Shown here: piece after piece, positions 9,176-18,562 of the stretch
Layout of the letters: the number at the start of each line of letters is the position of its first letter
Numbering within the stretch: position 1 is the first letter of the stretch
Assembly: GCA_016235455.1 (NCBI GenBank)
Contig: JACRKZ010000136.1
Span: 1-59,032 of the forward strand
Reading direction: 5' to 3'
Origin: Armatimonadota bacterium
GTDB taxonomy: Bacteria > Armatimonadota > UBA10988
DNA: 59,032 nucleotides
The notes under the pieces: model-generated
The model's input: the letters and a program-made list of their open reading frames with translations, nothing else
The model's database searches: none
What the model was told of the DNA's origin: nothing
Program-made: the position numbers and the translations under genes

Positions 9176-9856
9176 ATGGTGACGGCGACAGGGCGTTGGC
9201 TGGTGGTGGTGATGGCGGTGGTGGTGGCCTGCGGCGCGGCCACACTCGAGACCCAGCGCCCGCGGCTGGTGGCCCTGGCCACCGACGACAACCAGGCGGC
9301 GCCGGGCTACGACAAGCTCGGCGCCACCTGGGTGCCCATTGCCCAGCGCGGCCGCTCGCTCAGCCGCGTCACGCTGACCGCCGAAGGCGACCTCTGGCGC
9401 GCCGAGGTGGTCCAAAAGCTCATCCTCGAAGGCCCACGCGATGCCCAGGTGCAGGGCTGGGTGGACGCCTACTACGCCGCGCTGAAGGCCCAGGCCAGCG
9501 CCGCTGACGCGAGCTTCCCGCGGCCCGCCCAATGCCTGCCGTGCCACGAGCCAGTGGTGAAGGCCTGGCGCGGCCATGCTCATGCGCGAGCCGTGGCCAC
9601 GCTGGAGAAGGCCAACCGCGCCGTGCCCGAGTGCCTGGCCTGTCACGACGAGCAGGCGCGCCGCGGCGCGGGCCGTGCCGCGGACGGTGGTGGGGTCGAG
9701 TGCGCCAGTTGCCATGACAAGCTTAGCGAGCACGTAGCGGACGGCCGCAAGACAGCTTTGCTGCCCTGCGGCCGTTGTCACGCGCCCGAGCACAGCCCGC
9801 GGTTCGACGAGGCGCGCTATCGGGCTTTGGTGCGTGCGGTGTGTGGCGCGCGCTAG
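9176..9856 (+). CDS. Tetraheme c-type cytochrome (cytochrome c554-like)
   Basis: Four CxxCH motifs (CLPCH, CLACH, CASCH, CGRCH), W..H.HA motif, N-terminal hydrophobic segment. Confidence 0.85.
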   Translation: MVTATGRWLVVVMAVVVACGAATLETQRPRLVALATDDNQAAPGYDKLGATWVPIAQRGRSLSRVTLTAEGDLWRAEVVQKLILEGPRDAQVQGWVDAYYAALKAQASAADASFPRPAQCLPCHEPVVKAWRGHAHARAVATLEKANRAVPECLACHDEQARRGAGRAADGGGVECASCHDKLSEHVADGRKTALLPCGRCHAPEHSPRFDEARYRALVRAVCGAR

Positions 9857-9866
9857 GAGCCTGGCC

Positions 9867-11192
9867 CTACACCTTCCAGGGCGAGCGGTAGTCGCGCGTC
9901 AGCCACTTGGCGTCGCCGGTGCCGCCGGTGAACGCGTACTTGGCCGGGTCCCACGTGAGTCGCGCGTGGTTGTAGTAGGCCTGGTTCATCAGGTGGCAGG
10001 CGATGGCCGTGTGGCCGCCGACGATCTCGCTGGTGATTGGCTTCCGGCGCGCCTTGACGCAGTCGAGGAAGTCGCCGATGTGGTTGCGGCTGTTGTAGAG
10101 CTTGACCTTGGCGTCCTTGAGGAAGGCCTCCTCGGCCTTGTTCAGCTCGGCGCCCAGCGAGGTGGCGCCGCTCTTCTGCTCCTCGTTGGCGAACTGAGCG
10201 ATGGTCTTGCCATCGACGATCAGGGCGAACCGACCGCGGTTGACCTTGACCTCGCCATGCTCGCCGAAGAAGTGCACACCGAATCCGTCGCTGTGTTGGA
10301 CGTAGATGCCGTTGGCGTAGACCAGCTTGCAGCCGCGCTTGGCGTTCGGGTCGGTCGGCGGGATGACCTCCACCGGGCCGCTCTCGTCCATGCCGAGGCC
10401 CCACTGGGCGATGTCGATGTGGTGGGCGCCCCAGTCGGTGACCATGCCGCCGCCGTACTCACGGAAGCCGCGCCAGTTGGGGAAGTGGTTGTGGTTGCCG
10501 CGCGGGCTGAGTACCGAGTTGTAGGGCCGCACCGGCGCCGGACCGGTCCACATGTCCCAGTCGAGGCCTGGTTCCATCGTCTCTTCGGGCAGGTTGCAGG
10601 GCACAGCCGGGTCGCCAAACTGCGTCTCGACATGGTGGATCTTGCCGATGACGCCGTTGCGCACCAACTCGGCGGCCACGCGGAACTCGCGGCTGGAGCG
10701 CTGCATGGAGCCGGTCTGCAGCACGCGCTTGTTGGCGTCCACGCCGCGAATGACCTCGACCGCCTCGTGGATGTTGTGCGTCAGCGGCTTCTCGCAGTAC
10801 ACATCCTTGCCCGCGCGCAGAGCGGCCAGGGTGGTGATGGCGTGCCAGTGGTCGGGCGTGGCGATGCACACCGCATCGATGTCACGGCGCGCGATGATCT
10901 CGCGGAAGTCGTTGTAGGCCGCGCAATCGGTGTTCTGATACTTCTCGTCGACCCGCTTCTTGGCCGCATCGCGGCGGGTGGTGTCGACATCGCACACGGC
11001 CACGACGTGCGTGTCCTGGCTGAGGAAGCCGCCCATCAGGCCGCGGCCCTGGATGCCGACGCCGATGAAGGCCATGGTCAGCTTGCCATTGGGGCCGGTG
11101 CCTTGGGCCCACGAGCGTGATGGCATGATGAAGGGCGCGGCCACGGCCGCGCCGGCGGCGCGCTTGAGGAAGTCTCGACGTGAAGTCGACAT
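9867..11192 (-). CDS. Tat-exported Gfo/Idh/MocA family oxidoreductase
   Basis: SRRDFLK signal; IGVGIQG, ATPDHWH, CEKP, DWGAHHID. Confidence 0.93.
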   Translation of the reverse strand: MSTSRRDFLKRAAGAAVAAPFIMPSRSWAQGTGPNGKLTMAFIGVGIQGRGLMGGFLSQDTHVVAVCDVDTTRRDAAKKRVDEKYQNTDCAAYNDFREIIARRDIDAVCIATPDHWHAITTLAALRAGKDVYCEKPLTHNIHEAVEVIRGVDANKRVLQTGSMQRSSREFRVAAELVRNGVIGKIHHVETQFGDPAVPCNLPEETMEPGLDWDMWTGPAPVRPYNSVLSPRGNHNHFPNWRGFREYGGGMVTDWGAHHIDIAQWGLGMDESGPVEVIPPTDPNAKRGCKLVYANGIYVQHSDGFGVHFFGEHGEVKVNRGRFALIVDGKTIAQFANEEQKSGATSLGAELNKAEEAFLKDAKVKLYNSRNHIGDFLDCVKARRKPITSEIVGGHTAIACHLMNQAYYNHARLTWDPAKYAFTGGTGDAKWLTRDYRSPWKV

Positions 11193-11250
11193 ACGGTCTA
11201 TCCTTTCCTGATCCTGAACTCAGCGGTCGGCGCGGGCCGTGGCTGCCAGC

Positions 11251-13155
11251 TCACCGGGTGGCCTCGGTGCCGACCTTCAGATTGCGAATGATGCCTGCAA
11301 AGCGCTTCTGCCCGTCGTAGTCATCCACAGGCTTTTGCTCATCGAAACCAACGCAGAACGCTTCGGCCGGCTGGTTGGTCAGCGCGCCGCTCACCCGGCC
11401 CGTCGCCACTTTGCGGCCATCGACCGACAAGGTCATCGTGCCGTCGGCGGCCAGTCGAGCTTCCAAGGTGGCCTTCGCACCAATGGCCGACGGCGATGTG
11501 ATGCGCACGACATCGTTACCAGATTGATGGACGGCGAAGACGGCGCAGCCGTTCCGCAGGTAGAGCGCGTAGCCGGTAGTCATGCCGCCGTGCGCGACGA
11601 TGACGCCGTCGTTGGCCGTCGTGGCCACCTCGCAGGCGATGGTCAGCGCGCGGCCCTTGACCAGCGGCGCCTGCTCGCCGCGCAGCGTGTCGCCGACCTT
11701 CAGGCCTTCGATCACCGCCGTGGTGCCCGCGGCGGTGCCCTCATCGAGCGGGTAGAGCGTCCGCGGGTGGTCGACATGGCCGGCGGGCCGCACAGCCGGG
11801 CCGGGCTTCCCGTCGCCCAGCTCGGCGGCCATGGCGACGGCCAGCGCCCGCAGTCGCGTCACCACCTCGGCCTGGTCGGCGGCGACATCGGTGCGCTCGC
11901 CGAGGTCCTTGTCCAGGTTGTAGAGCCGGGGCTGCTCCAGCGAGGCCGCGACCTGTTCCTTGCCGTCGTTCTGCGGGGCCACGGCGAGCTTCCAGGGCCC
12001 GACACGCACGGCCTGCAGCCGATAGCCGTTGTAGTAGTAGTGCGCCTGACGCTGTGAGGCGGTGCTGGCGCCAAACAGCAGTGGCGAGAAGTCAGCACCA
12101 TCGATCTTGCGGTCGGTGGGCACCTGGCCGCCGGCCAGCGACACGAATGTGGGTAGGAAGTCGATGTTGCCGGCGGCCGCGTCGCACGCCGTGCCGGGCT
12201 TGACCTGGCCTGGCCACCAGGCGATGGTGGGCTCGCGGACGCCACCCTCCCAGGTGCTGCCTTTGCCGCCGCGCAACGGCCCGGCCGAGCCGCCGTTGGC
12301 GCCCTGGGTGAGCCATGGTCCGTTGTCGCTGGTGAAGATGACCAGTGTCTTCTCCGCCAGGTTCAGCTCGCGCAGCTTGGCCAGCACGCGGCCGACGCTC
12401 CAGTCGACCTCTTCGACCCAGTCGCCGTAGCGGCCGTTGGCCGATTTGCCGCGGAACTGCTCGCCAGGATGGACCGGCACATGCACCGCCGTGTGCGGCA
12501 GATAGAGGAAGAACGGGCGGTCCTTGTTGTCGGTGATGAATCGGACGGCTTCGTTGGTGTAGATCTCGGTGAGCCGGTCCTGCCCGTCGCCGGTCAGCAG
12601 TTCGCTCACCTGCTCATCGCGCACCAGCGGCACGACGTTCTGGCCGTTGACCTGGGCCTTCTTCATCATGTCGTTCGAGTAGGGCAGACCGAGGTAGTGG
12701 TCGAAGCCGTGGCGGGTGGGCAGGAACTCGGGCTGGTCGCCCAGATGCCACTTGCCGATGCACATCGTGGCGTAGCCCTGCGCCTTCAGCAACTCGGCGA
12801 CCGTGTGCTCCTCAGCGTTGATGCCATACTCCCCGCCGGGGAAGAACACGCCTGGGATCGACACGCGTGGGCCGTAGCAGCCGGTCATCACCTGCGCACG
12901 CGACACCGAGCAGACCGGCGCGGCATAGAACGACGTGAGCTTCATGCCCTCGGCGGCCATGCGGTCCAGGTTCGGCGTGCGGTTCTTGGTCGAGCCATAG
13001 GGCCCGACATCGCCGTAGCCCATGTCATCGATGAAGACCAGCACGATGTTGGGACGCGCTGGCGGCGCCGCCACGGCGCGCGACGATCCGAACAGCGGCG
13101 TCGCGGCGGCTGCCGCCAGCGTGCGCTTGAGGAAGTCACGACGTGTCGAGGGCAT
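11251..13155 (-). CDS. Tat-exported arylsulfatase A-like sulfatase with C-terminal LamG/ConA-like domain
   Basis: TRRDFLK; NIVLVFIDDMGYGD; CSVSR...TG; GKWHLG; SDNGP; GGVREP; beta-sandwich tail. Confidence 0.92.
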   Translation of the reverse strand: MPSTRRDFLKRTLAAAAATPLFGSSRAVAAPPARPNIVLVFIDDMGYGDVGPYGSTKNRTPNLDRMAAEGMKLTSFYAAPVCSVSRAQVMTGCYGPRVSIPGVFFPGGEYGINAEEHTVAELLKAQGYATMCIGKWHLGDQPEFLPTRHGFDHYLGLPYSNDMMKKAQVNGQNVVPLVRDEQVSELLTGDGQDRLTEIYTNEAVRFITDNKDRPFFLYLPHTAVHVPVHPGEQFRGKSANGRYGDWVEEVDWSVGRVLAKLRELNLAEKTLVIFTSDNGPWLTQGANGGSAGPLRGGKGSTWEGGVREPTIAWWPGQVKPGTACDAAAGNIDFLPTFVSLAGGQVPTDRKIDGADFSPLLFGASTASQRQAHYYYNGYRLQAVRVGPWKLAVAPQNDGKEQVAASLEQPRLYNLDKDLGERTDVAADQAEVVTRLRALAVAMAAELGDGKPGPAVRPAGHVDHPRTLYPLDEGTAAGTTAVIEGLKVGDTLRGEQAPLVKGRALTIACEVATTANDGVIVAHGGMTTGYALYLRNGCAVFAVHQSGNDVVRITSPSAIGAKATLEARLAADGTMTLSVDGRKVATGRVSGALTNQPAEAFCVGFDEQKPVDDYDGQKRFAGIIRNLKVGTEATR

Positions 13156-13176
13156 GGGCTCTTCGCCTCCCGCCGG

Positions 13177-14058
13177 TCAGGCCGGCCGGCGCGTGACCAG
13201 CGTGCCCACGCCGTGGTCGGTGAAGACCTCCATCAGCATGGAGTGGGCCAGCCGGCCGTCGATGATGTGGACGCGCTTCACGCCGCCGTCGCTGGCCATC
13301 AGGCAGCCTTCGAGCTTGGGGATCATGCCGCCGGTGATGCGGCCGTCTTCGATGCGCTGCCGCACTTCGGCCGAGGTGATGCGCTGGACCAGCGTGCTGG
13401 GGTCCTTGGGGTCGTCGAGCAGGCCCGGCACGTCGGTCAGCATGATGAACTTGTCGGCGCCGAGCTTGGCGGCCAGGCGGCCGGCCAGGTGGTCAGCGTT
13501 GATGTTGTAGCTGGTGCCGTCCTCGCCCACGCCGACGCTGCTCAGCACCGGGATGTAGCCGTTGTCGACCAGCAGCGTGATGAGCGCGGGGTTGATGGCG
13601 ACGATCTCGCCCACAAAGCCCAGGTCGATGGGATGGCCTTCATGCTCTTCCATCTTGCGCGCCAGGATGGTGCGGTCGTCCTTGCCGCTCAGGCCCACGG
13701 CGCGGCCGCCGGCCATCTGCAGGCCGTCGACCAGGTCCTTGTTGAGCCGACCACCGAGCACCATCTCGGCGATGTCCATGGTCTCGGCATCGGTCACGCG
13801 CAGGCCGCCGCGGAACTCGGGCTCCTTGCCCAGCCGCCGCATCAGCGCAGACACTTCGGGGCCGCCACCATGCACCAGCACCGGCTTGATGCCCACGTAG
13901 CGCAGCAGCACGATGTCCTGGAGCACCGACCGCTTCATGTCCTCGTCGACCATGGCGGCGCCGCCGTACTTGACGACGACAATGGCGTCCTGGAACTTGC
14001 GAATGTAGGGCAGCGCCTCGATCAGGACCTGCGCGCGCGCGCCAAGATCGTCCATCAC
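13177..14058 (-). CDS. argB: Acetylglutamate kinase
   Basis: EALPYI, VKYGGAAM, VHGGGP, NINAD, GGMIPK. Confidence 0.97.
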   Translation of the reverse strand: MMDDLGARAQVLIEALPYIRKFQDAIVVVKYGGAAMVDEDMKRSVLQDIVLLRYVGIKPVLVHGGGPEVSALMRRLGKEPEFRGGLRVTDAETMDIAEMVLGGRLNKDLVDGLQMAGGRAVGLSGKDDRTILARKMEEHEGHPIDLGFVGEIVAINPALITLLVDNGYIPVLSSVGVGEDGTSYNINADHLAGRLAAKLGADKFIMLTDVPGLLDDPKDPSTLVQRITSAEVRQRIEDGRITGGMIPKLEGCLMASDGGVKRVHIIDGRLAHSMLMEVFTDHGVGTLVTRRPA

Positions 14059-14073
14059 CGCTCCTCCTTGTGT

Positions 14074-15342
14074 CTAGCGCACCTGGCCATCGCCTTCGAC
14101 GATGTACTTGGCCGTGGTCAGCTCAATCAGGCCCAGCGGCCCGCGAGCATGGAGCTTCTGGGTGGAGATGCCGATCTCCGCGCCAAAACCGAACTCGCCG
14201 CCATCGGTGAAGCGGGTCGAGGCATTGATGTACACCGCCGCGGCATCCACCTCGTGGGTGAAGCGCCGGCCGGCGGCGTAGCTGCTGGTCACAATCGCTT
14301 CGCTATGACCCGAGCCGTGCGCCGCGATATGGTCCATGGCGTCGTCGAGGTCGGCCACGACCTTGACTGACAGGATCAGGTCACCGTACTCGGTGTCCCA
14401 GTCCTCGTCGGTCGCGGGCTTGATGCCGCTGACCTTGGCGCAGGTGACCGGGCAGCCGCGCAACTCGACGCCCGCGGCCTGGAGCTCGGCGGCCACGCGC
14501 GGCAGGAAGGTGTCGGCCAGATCGGCATGGACCAGCAGCGTCTCCATGGCATTGCACACCGCGGGATAGCTGCACTTGGCGTTGAGCACCACCGCGCTGG
14601 CCATGTTCTGGTCGGCATCGTCGTTCACGAACGTGTGGCAGATGCCGTCGCCATCGATGATGTAAGGGACCTTGGCGTTGTCCTTGAGGTTGGCGATGAG
14701 CCCGCGGCCGCCGCGTGGGATGAGGCAGTCGATGAGGCCCTCGGCCTGCATCAGCGCCAGCGCCGAGTCGCGCGTGATGTTGGTGACCAGTTGGATGGCC
14801 TCGGCGGGCAGGCCCGCGCTGACACAGCCGGCGGCCAGCACTTCGCGGATAGCGCGGTTGGAGTTGATTGCTTCCTTGCCGCCGCGCAGAATGCAGGCGT
14901 TGCCCGACTTGAGGCACAGGCCCGCGGCGTCGGCGGTGACGTTCGGTCGCGACTCATAGATGATGCCAACCACGCCGAGCGGCACGCGCACCCGGCGGAT
15001 ATCGAGCCCGTTGGGCCGGCGCCAGCCATCGACCACGCCACCGACCGGGTCGGGTAGGGCGATCAGGTCGCGCAGGCCCTGCACCATGCCGGCCAGCCGC
15101 TTGTCGTTGAGCGCCAGGCGGTTGAGCATGGCGCCGGTCACGCCATTGCCGGCCGCGGCATCGAGGTCGAGCTGGTTGGCGGCCAGCAGCGTGTCGCGGG
15201 CGGCGGCCAGGCCGTCGGCCATGGCGGCCAGTGCGGCGTTCTTGGTGCCGGTGCTGGCTTGGGCCAGGCTGCGCGCGGCCGCCTTGGCGGCCAGGCCCAG
15301 ATCCCGCACTTGCGCGCGAGCGGTGTCGAGCGAGTCGCTCAT
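14074..15342 (-). CDS. proA: Gamma-glutamyl phosphate reductase
   Basis: IYESRPNVT, CNAMETLL, NASTRFTDGGEFGFGAEIGISTQKLHARGP. Confidence 0.97.
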   Translation of the reverse strand: MSDSLDTARAQVRDLGLAAKAAARSLAQASTGTKNAALAAMADGLAAARDTLLAANQLDLDAAAGNGVTGAMLNRLALNDKRLAGMVQGLRDLIALPDPVGGVVDGWRRPNGLDIRRVRVPLGVVGIIYESRPNVTADAAGLCLKSGNACILRGGKEAINSNRAIREVLAAGCVSAGLPAEAIQLVTNITRDSALALMQAEGLIDCLIPRGGRGLIANLKDNAKVPYIIDGDGICHTFVNDDADQNMASAVVLNAKCSYPAVCNAMETLLVHADLADTFLPRVAAELQAAGVELRGCPVTCAKVSGIKPATDEDWDTEYGDLILSVKVVADLDDAMDHIAAHGSGHSEAIVTSSYAAGRRFTHEVDAAAVYINASTRFTDGGEFGFGAEIGISTQKLHARGPLGLIELTTAKYIVEGDGQVR

Positions 15343-16484
15343 GCGTCGTCTCCGTTGGTCAAGGGTACTCCGGCCGGGTCGACCGTGGCCAGGTTGTCCA
15401 AATGGATGACCTCCGGCCCGGTCTCGTAGCCCAGCGCCTCGGCCAGTTGGTGGCCGTGCAGACCGGCGATGCGCCGGACCTGCTCGGCACTGAAGTTGCT
15501 CAGCCCGCGCGCCACTTCGGCGCCGTCGGCGGCGCGCACCAGCAGCAGGTCGCCGGGCCCGAAGTCGCCTTCCACGTTACGCACGCCCACCGCCAGCAAG
15601 CTGCGGCCCCCGGCCAGCAACGCACGGGCGGCGCCGTCGTCGACCGTCAGCGTGCCCTCGACCGGCGCGCTCGACGCCAACCAGCGCTTGCGGCCGCGTA
15701 GCGTGTGGTCGCCGGGCCAGAAGGTGGTGCCGACGGGCTCGCCATGCGCCACGGCCACCACGGGCGGCTGGCCGCCCCGCGGCTTTCCTTTGGCCATGAC
15801 CACGCGGCAACCGAGACGCGAGGCGACTCGCGCGGCGTTGACCTTGGAGGTCATGCCGCCGCGGCCGAAGCCGCTGACGCTGCCGCCGGCGGCGGCGATG
15901 ACGGCCGGGGTGATCTCGTGGATGTCGCTCTGCAACACCATCTTGCCGTCGACATCGGGCATCATGAAGCCGTCGATGTCGGTCAGGAAGAGCAGAATGT
16001 CGGCCGTGACCAGCTGGCAGACCTGCGACGCCAACTGGTCGTTGTCGCCGAACTGGATCTCCTCGGTGGTGACGGTGTCGTTCTCGTTGATGATGGGCAG
16101 CACGCCGTGGGCCAGGAGCGCCCGTAGCGTATTGCGCGCGTTGAGGTAGCGCTCGCGGTTGGCCACGTCGCCGCGACTGAGCAGGATCTGCGCGGTGTTC
16201 AGGCCCTGGTCGCGGCAGAAGTCGCCGTACACGCGCATCAGGCGGATCTGTCCAACCGCGGCCGCCGCCTGCGAGCTGGGCAGATCGCGGCAGGCCTTGA
16301 GGCCGAGTTGGTACATGCCGGCGCGGATGGCGCCCGAGGTGACCAGGACGACACCCAGGCCCTCGCGCGTGAGCTGGCAGAGCTGGCCCGAGAGCGCGCG
16401 CATGAAGTTCAGATCGAGGTCGCCCTGCGGTGTGGTGAGTGTGCTCGTGCCGACCTTGACGACGATAACAGGCGACTCGGGCAT
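15339..16484 (-). CDS. proB: Glutamate 5-kinase with PUA domain
   Basis: VVKVGTS, NENDTV, FGDND, GGMTSK, PUA C-terminus. Confidence 0.97.
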   Translation of the reverse strand: MPESPVIVVKVGTSTLTTPQGDLDLNFMRALSGQLCQLTREGLGVVLVTSGAIRAGMYQLGLKACRDLPSSQAAAAVGQIRLMRVYGDFCRDQGLNTAQILLSRGDVANRERYLNARNTLRALLAHGVLPIINENDTVTTEEIQFGDNDQLASQVCQLVTADILLFLTDIDGFMMPDVDGKMVLQSDIHEITPAVIAAAGGSVSGFGRGGMTSKVNAARVASRLGCRVVMAKGKPRGGQPPVVAVAHGEPVGTTFWPGDHTLRGRKRWLASSAPVEGTLTVDDGAARALLAGGRSLLAVGVRNVEGDFGPGDLLLVRAADGAEVARGLSNFSAEQVRRIAGLHGHQLAEALGYETGPEVIHLDNLATVDPAGVPLTNGDDA

Positions 16485-16488
16485 GGCC

Positions 16489-17814
16489 TCACTCCATGAA
16501 GTCCAGATAGATGCCGCCGATGCGCACCACCATGCCGTCCTCGCAGCCGGCCTCGCGCAGCGCGGCGATGATGCCCATGCGCATGAACATGCGGTGCAGG
16601 TGCATCACAGCCTCTTCGTTCTCCAGATCGCACATGGCCACCAGTCGCTCGGGCACGCGGCCCGCGACCACAAAGACTTCCTCGTCGGCGTCCAACAGGA
16701 CCTCGAAGCTGTCGTCCTCATCGTCATCGACGGTGTCGGCCTCGGCTTCGGCCTGTTCGACTTCGGCCTGCTGCGCGACGACACTGTCGGCGCGGGCCGA
16801 GAAGACCATGGCCGACAGCTCGGCGAGCAGCTCCGGCACGCCCCAGCCGGTCACCGCGGACACCGGCAGGATGCGCTCGACGCCCAGCGGCTCCAGCTCC
16901 TCCTGGACGATCTCGACCAGGTCGTGGTCATCCACGAGGTCGAGCTTGGTGCCCACGACCAGCTCGGGCAGATGCGCCAGCCGCTCGTCATAGGACTCGA
17001 GCTCCGCGCGAATCGTCTTGTAGTCGGCGACCGGGTCGGGCCGCTCGAAGCCGGACAGGTCGAGCAGATGAACGATGACCCGGGCTCGCTCGAGGTGGCG
17101 CAGGAACTCGTGGCCGAGTCCCTTGCCGTCGGCGGCGCCTTCGATCAGGCCCGGCAGATCGGCCACCACGAAGCTCGCGCCGTCGTCCAGGCGGACTACG
17201 CCCAGGTTCGGCGTCAGCGTGGTGAAGGGGTAGTTGGCGATCTTGGGCTTGGCCGCGCTCAACCGGCTGATCAGTGTCGACTTGCCCGCATTGGGGAAGC
17301 CCACCAGAGCCGCGTCGGCCAGGAGCTTGAGTTCCAGGCGCAGGTTGCGCGCCTGGCCGGGCTCGCCCAGCTCACGCATCATGGTGATCTGGTTGGCCGC
17401 GGTCACGTAGAAGGCGTTGCCATGGCCGCCCCGCCCGCCACGACAGACGAGATGGGTCTGGCCGGGATCGGAGAGGTCGACCACCAGGCGACCTGTATCG
17501 TCGTCGTAGACGAGGGTGCCGGCCGGCACGGGCACGATGACATCGTCACCGCTGGCGCCAGTGCAGTCGTTGGTGCCGCCGTTGTCGCCGTCTTCGGCAA
17601 TGAACTTGCGTCGGAAGCGGAAATCGACAAGCGTGCGGAGATTGGGGTGGACGCTGAGGATAACGTCGCCACCGCGGCCACCATCGCCACCGTCGGGGCC
17701 ACCACGAGGAGCGTACTTCTCGCGGCGCATGTGGGACGCGCCGTCACCGCCGCGTCCCGACGCTACCTCAATCGTCGCGCTATCGACGAACGATGCGTGG
17801 GACGCGGCAGACAT
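16489..17814 (-). CDS. obgE: GTPase ObgE/CgtA
   Basis: GGPDGGDGGRGG, GFPNAGKS, YPFTT, DLPG; DUF1967-like C-terminus. Confidence 0.97.
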   Translation of the reverse strand: MSAASHASFVDSATIEVASGRGGDGASHMRREKYAPRGGPDGGDGGRGGDVILSVHPNLRTLVDFRFRRKFIAEDGDNGGTNDCTGASGDDVIVPVPAGTLVYDDDTGRLVVDLSDPGQTHLVCRGGRGGHGNAFYVTAANQITMMRELGEPGQARNLRLELKLLADAALVGFPNAGKSTLISRLSAAKPKIANYPFTTLTPNLGVVRLDDGASFVVADLPGLIEGAADGKGLGHEFLRHLERARVIVHLLDLSGFERPDPVADYKTIRAELESYDERLAHLPELVVGTKLDLVDDHDLVEIVQEELEPLGVERILPVSAVTGWGVPELLAELSAMVFSARADSVVAQQAEVEQAEAEADTVDDDEDDSFEVLLDADEEVFVVAGRVPERLVAMCDLENEEAVMHLHRMFMRMGIIAALREAGCEDGMVVRIGGIYLDFME

Positions 17815-17825
17815 AGATATATGGC

Positions 17826-18098
17826 CTAGTTGGCCTCGGCGACGTCCACGGTTACCCGCTTGCGCGTCTCGCCGGCCTTGCGCAGCTTCTCGAAGCGCAC
17901 CTTGCCGTCGGTCAGCGCGAACAGCGTGTCGTCCTTGCCGATGCCTACATTGCGGCCGGCCAGGATGTGACTCCCGTGCTGACGGACAATGATGTTGCCC
18001 GCCACGACCGTCTCGCCGCCGTACTTCTTGACACCAAGGCGCTGGCCATTGCTGTCTCGACCGTTGCGGGTCGAGCCCATACCTTTCTTGTGTGCCAT
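17826..18098 (-). CDS. rpmA: 50S ribosomal protein L27
   Basis: [24 protein letters not shown]. Confidence 0.97.
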   Translation of the reverse strand: MAHKKGMGSTRNGRDSNGQRLGVKKYGGETVVAGNIIVRQHGSHILAGRNVGIGKDDTLFALTDGKVRFEKLRKAGETRKRVTVDVAEAN

Positions 18099-18102
18099 GT
18101 GA

Positions 18103-18462
18103 TCAGGCCTCCTCGACCGTCGTTGCCGCGGCAACTTCGAACGTCTGTCCACCGGTCACGACGGCCACGATGTCGACCTGGGTCAGGTCGGCGCGGGCAC
18201 CCCAACGCTTGGAGTAGCCCTTCTTGGCCTTGTACTTGATGCCGTTGACCTTGGGGCCGCGCAGATGGCGACGCACCGTGCCACGCACCTCGGCGCCTTC
18301 CACCACCGGTGTACCCACCGTGGTGTCAGCGTCGGTGCGAACCAACAAAACACGGTCGAAAACGACCGATTCACCCTCGGCGACGGCCAACCGACCCAAG
18401 GTAACATAGCGGCCGGGCTCCACTTTGTGCTGCTGGCCACCGCTCTCAATCAGGGCGTACAT
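18103..18462 (-). CDS. rplU: 50S ribosomal protein L21
   Basis: [17 protein letters not shown]...[11 protein letters not shown]; lies directly upstream of rpmA. Confidence 0.95.
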   Translation of the reverse strand: MYALIESGGQQHKVEPGRYVTLGRLAVAEGESVVFDRVLLVRTDADTTVGTPVVEGAEVRGTVRRHLRGPKVNGIKYKAKKGYSKRWGARADLTQVDIVAVVTGGQTFEVAAATTVEEA

Positions 18463-18506
18463 GCTCTCACTGCTCCCTCGCAGGTTGCTCTTTGACGCAA
18501 TCGCCG

Positions 18507-18535
18507 AGGATAGCACCAGACCCCGGTTGTGTCAA
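18507..18535 (-). promoter_or_regulatory. Sigma70-type promoter of the rplU operon
   Basis: Minus strand reads TTGACA-17 nt-TATCCT with a TGn extension, 45 nt upstream of the rplU ATG. Confidence 0.75.
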
Positions 18536-18562
18536 ACTCGGCGGTGTGTCACCATGGCCCCA

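Noticed and set aside
17826-18462. No prp (ysxB) between rplU and rpmA
   Set aside because: L27 begins MAHKK with no N-terminal extension, so Prp is not needed. This is the ordinary arrangement.
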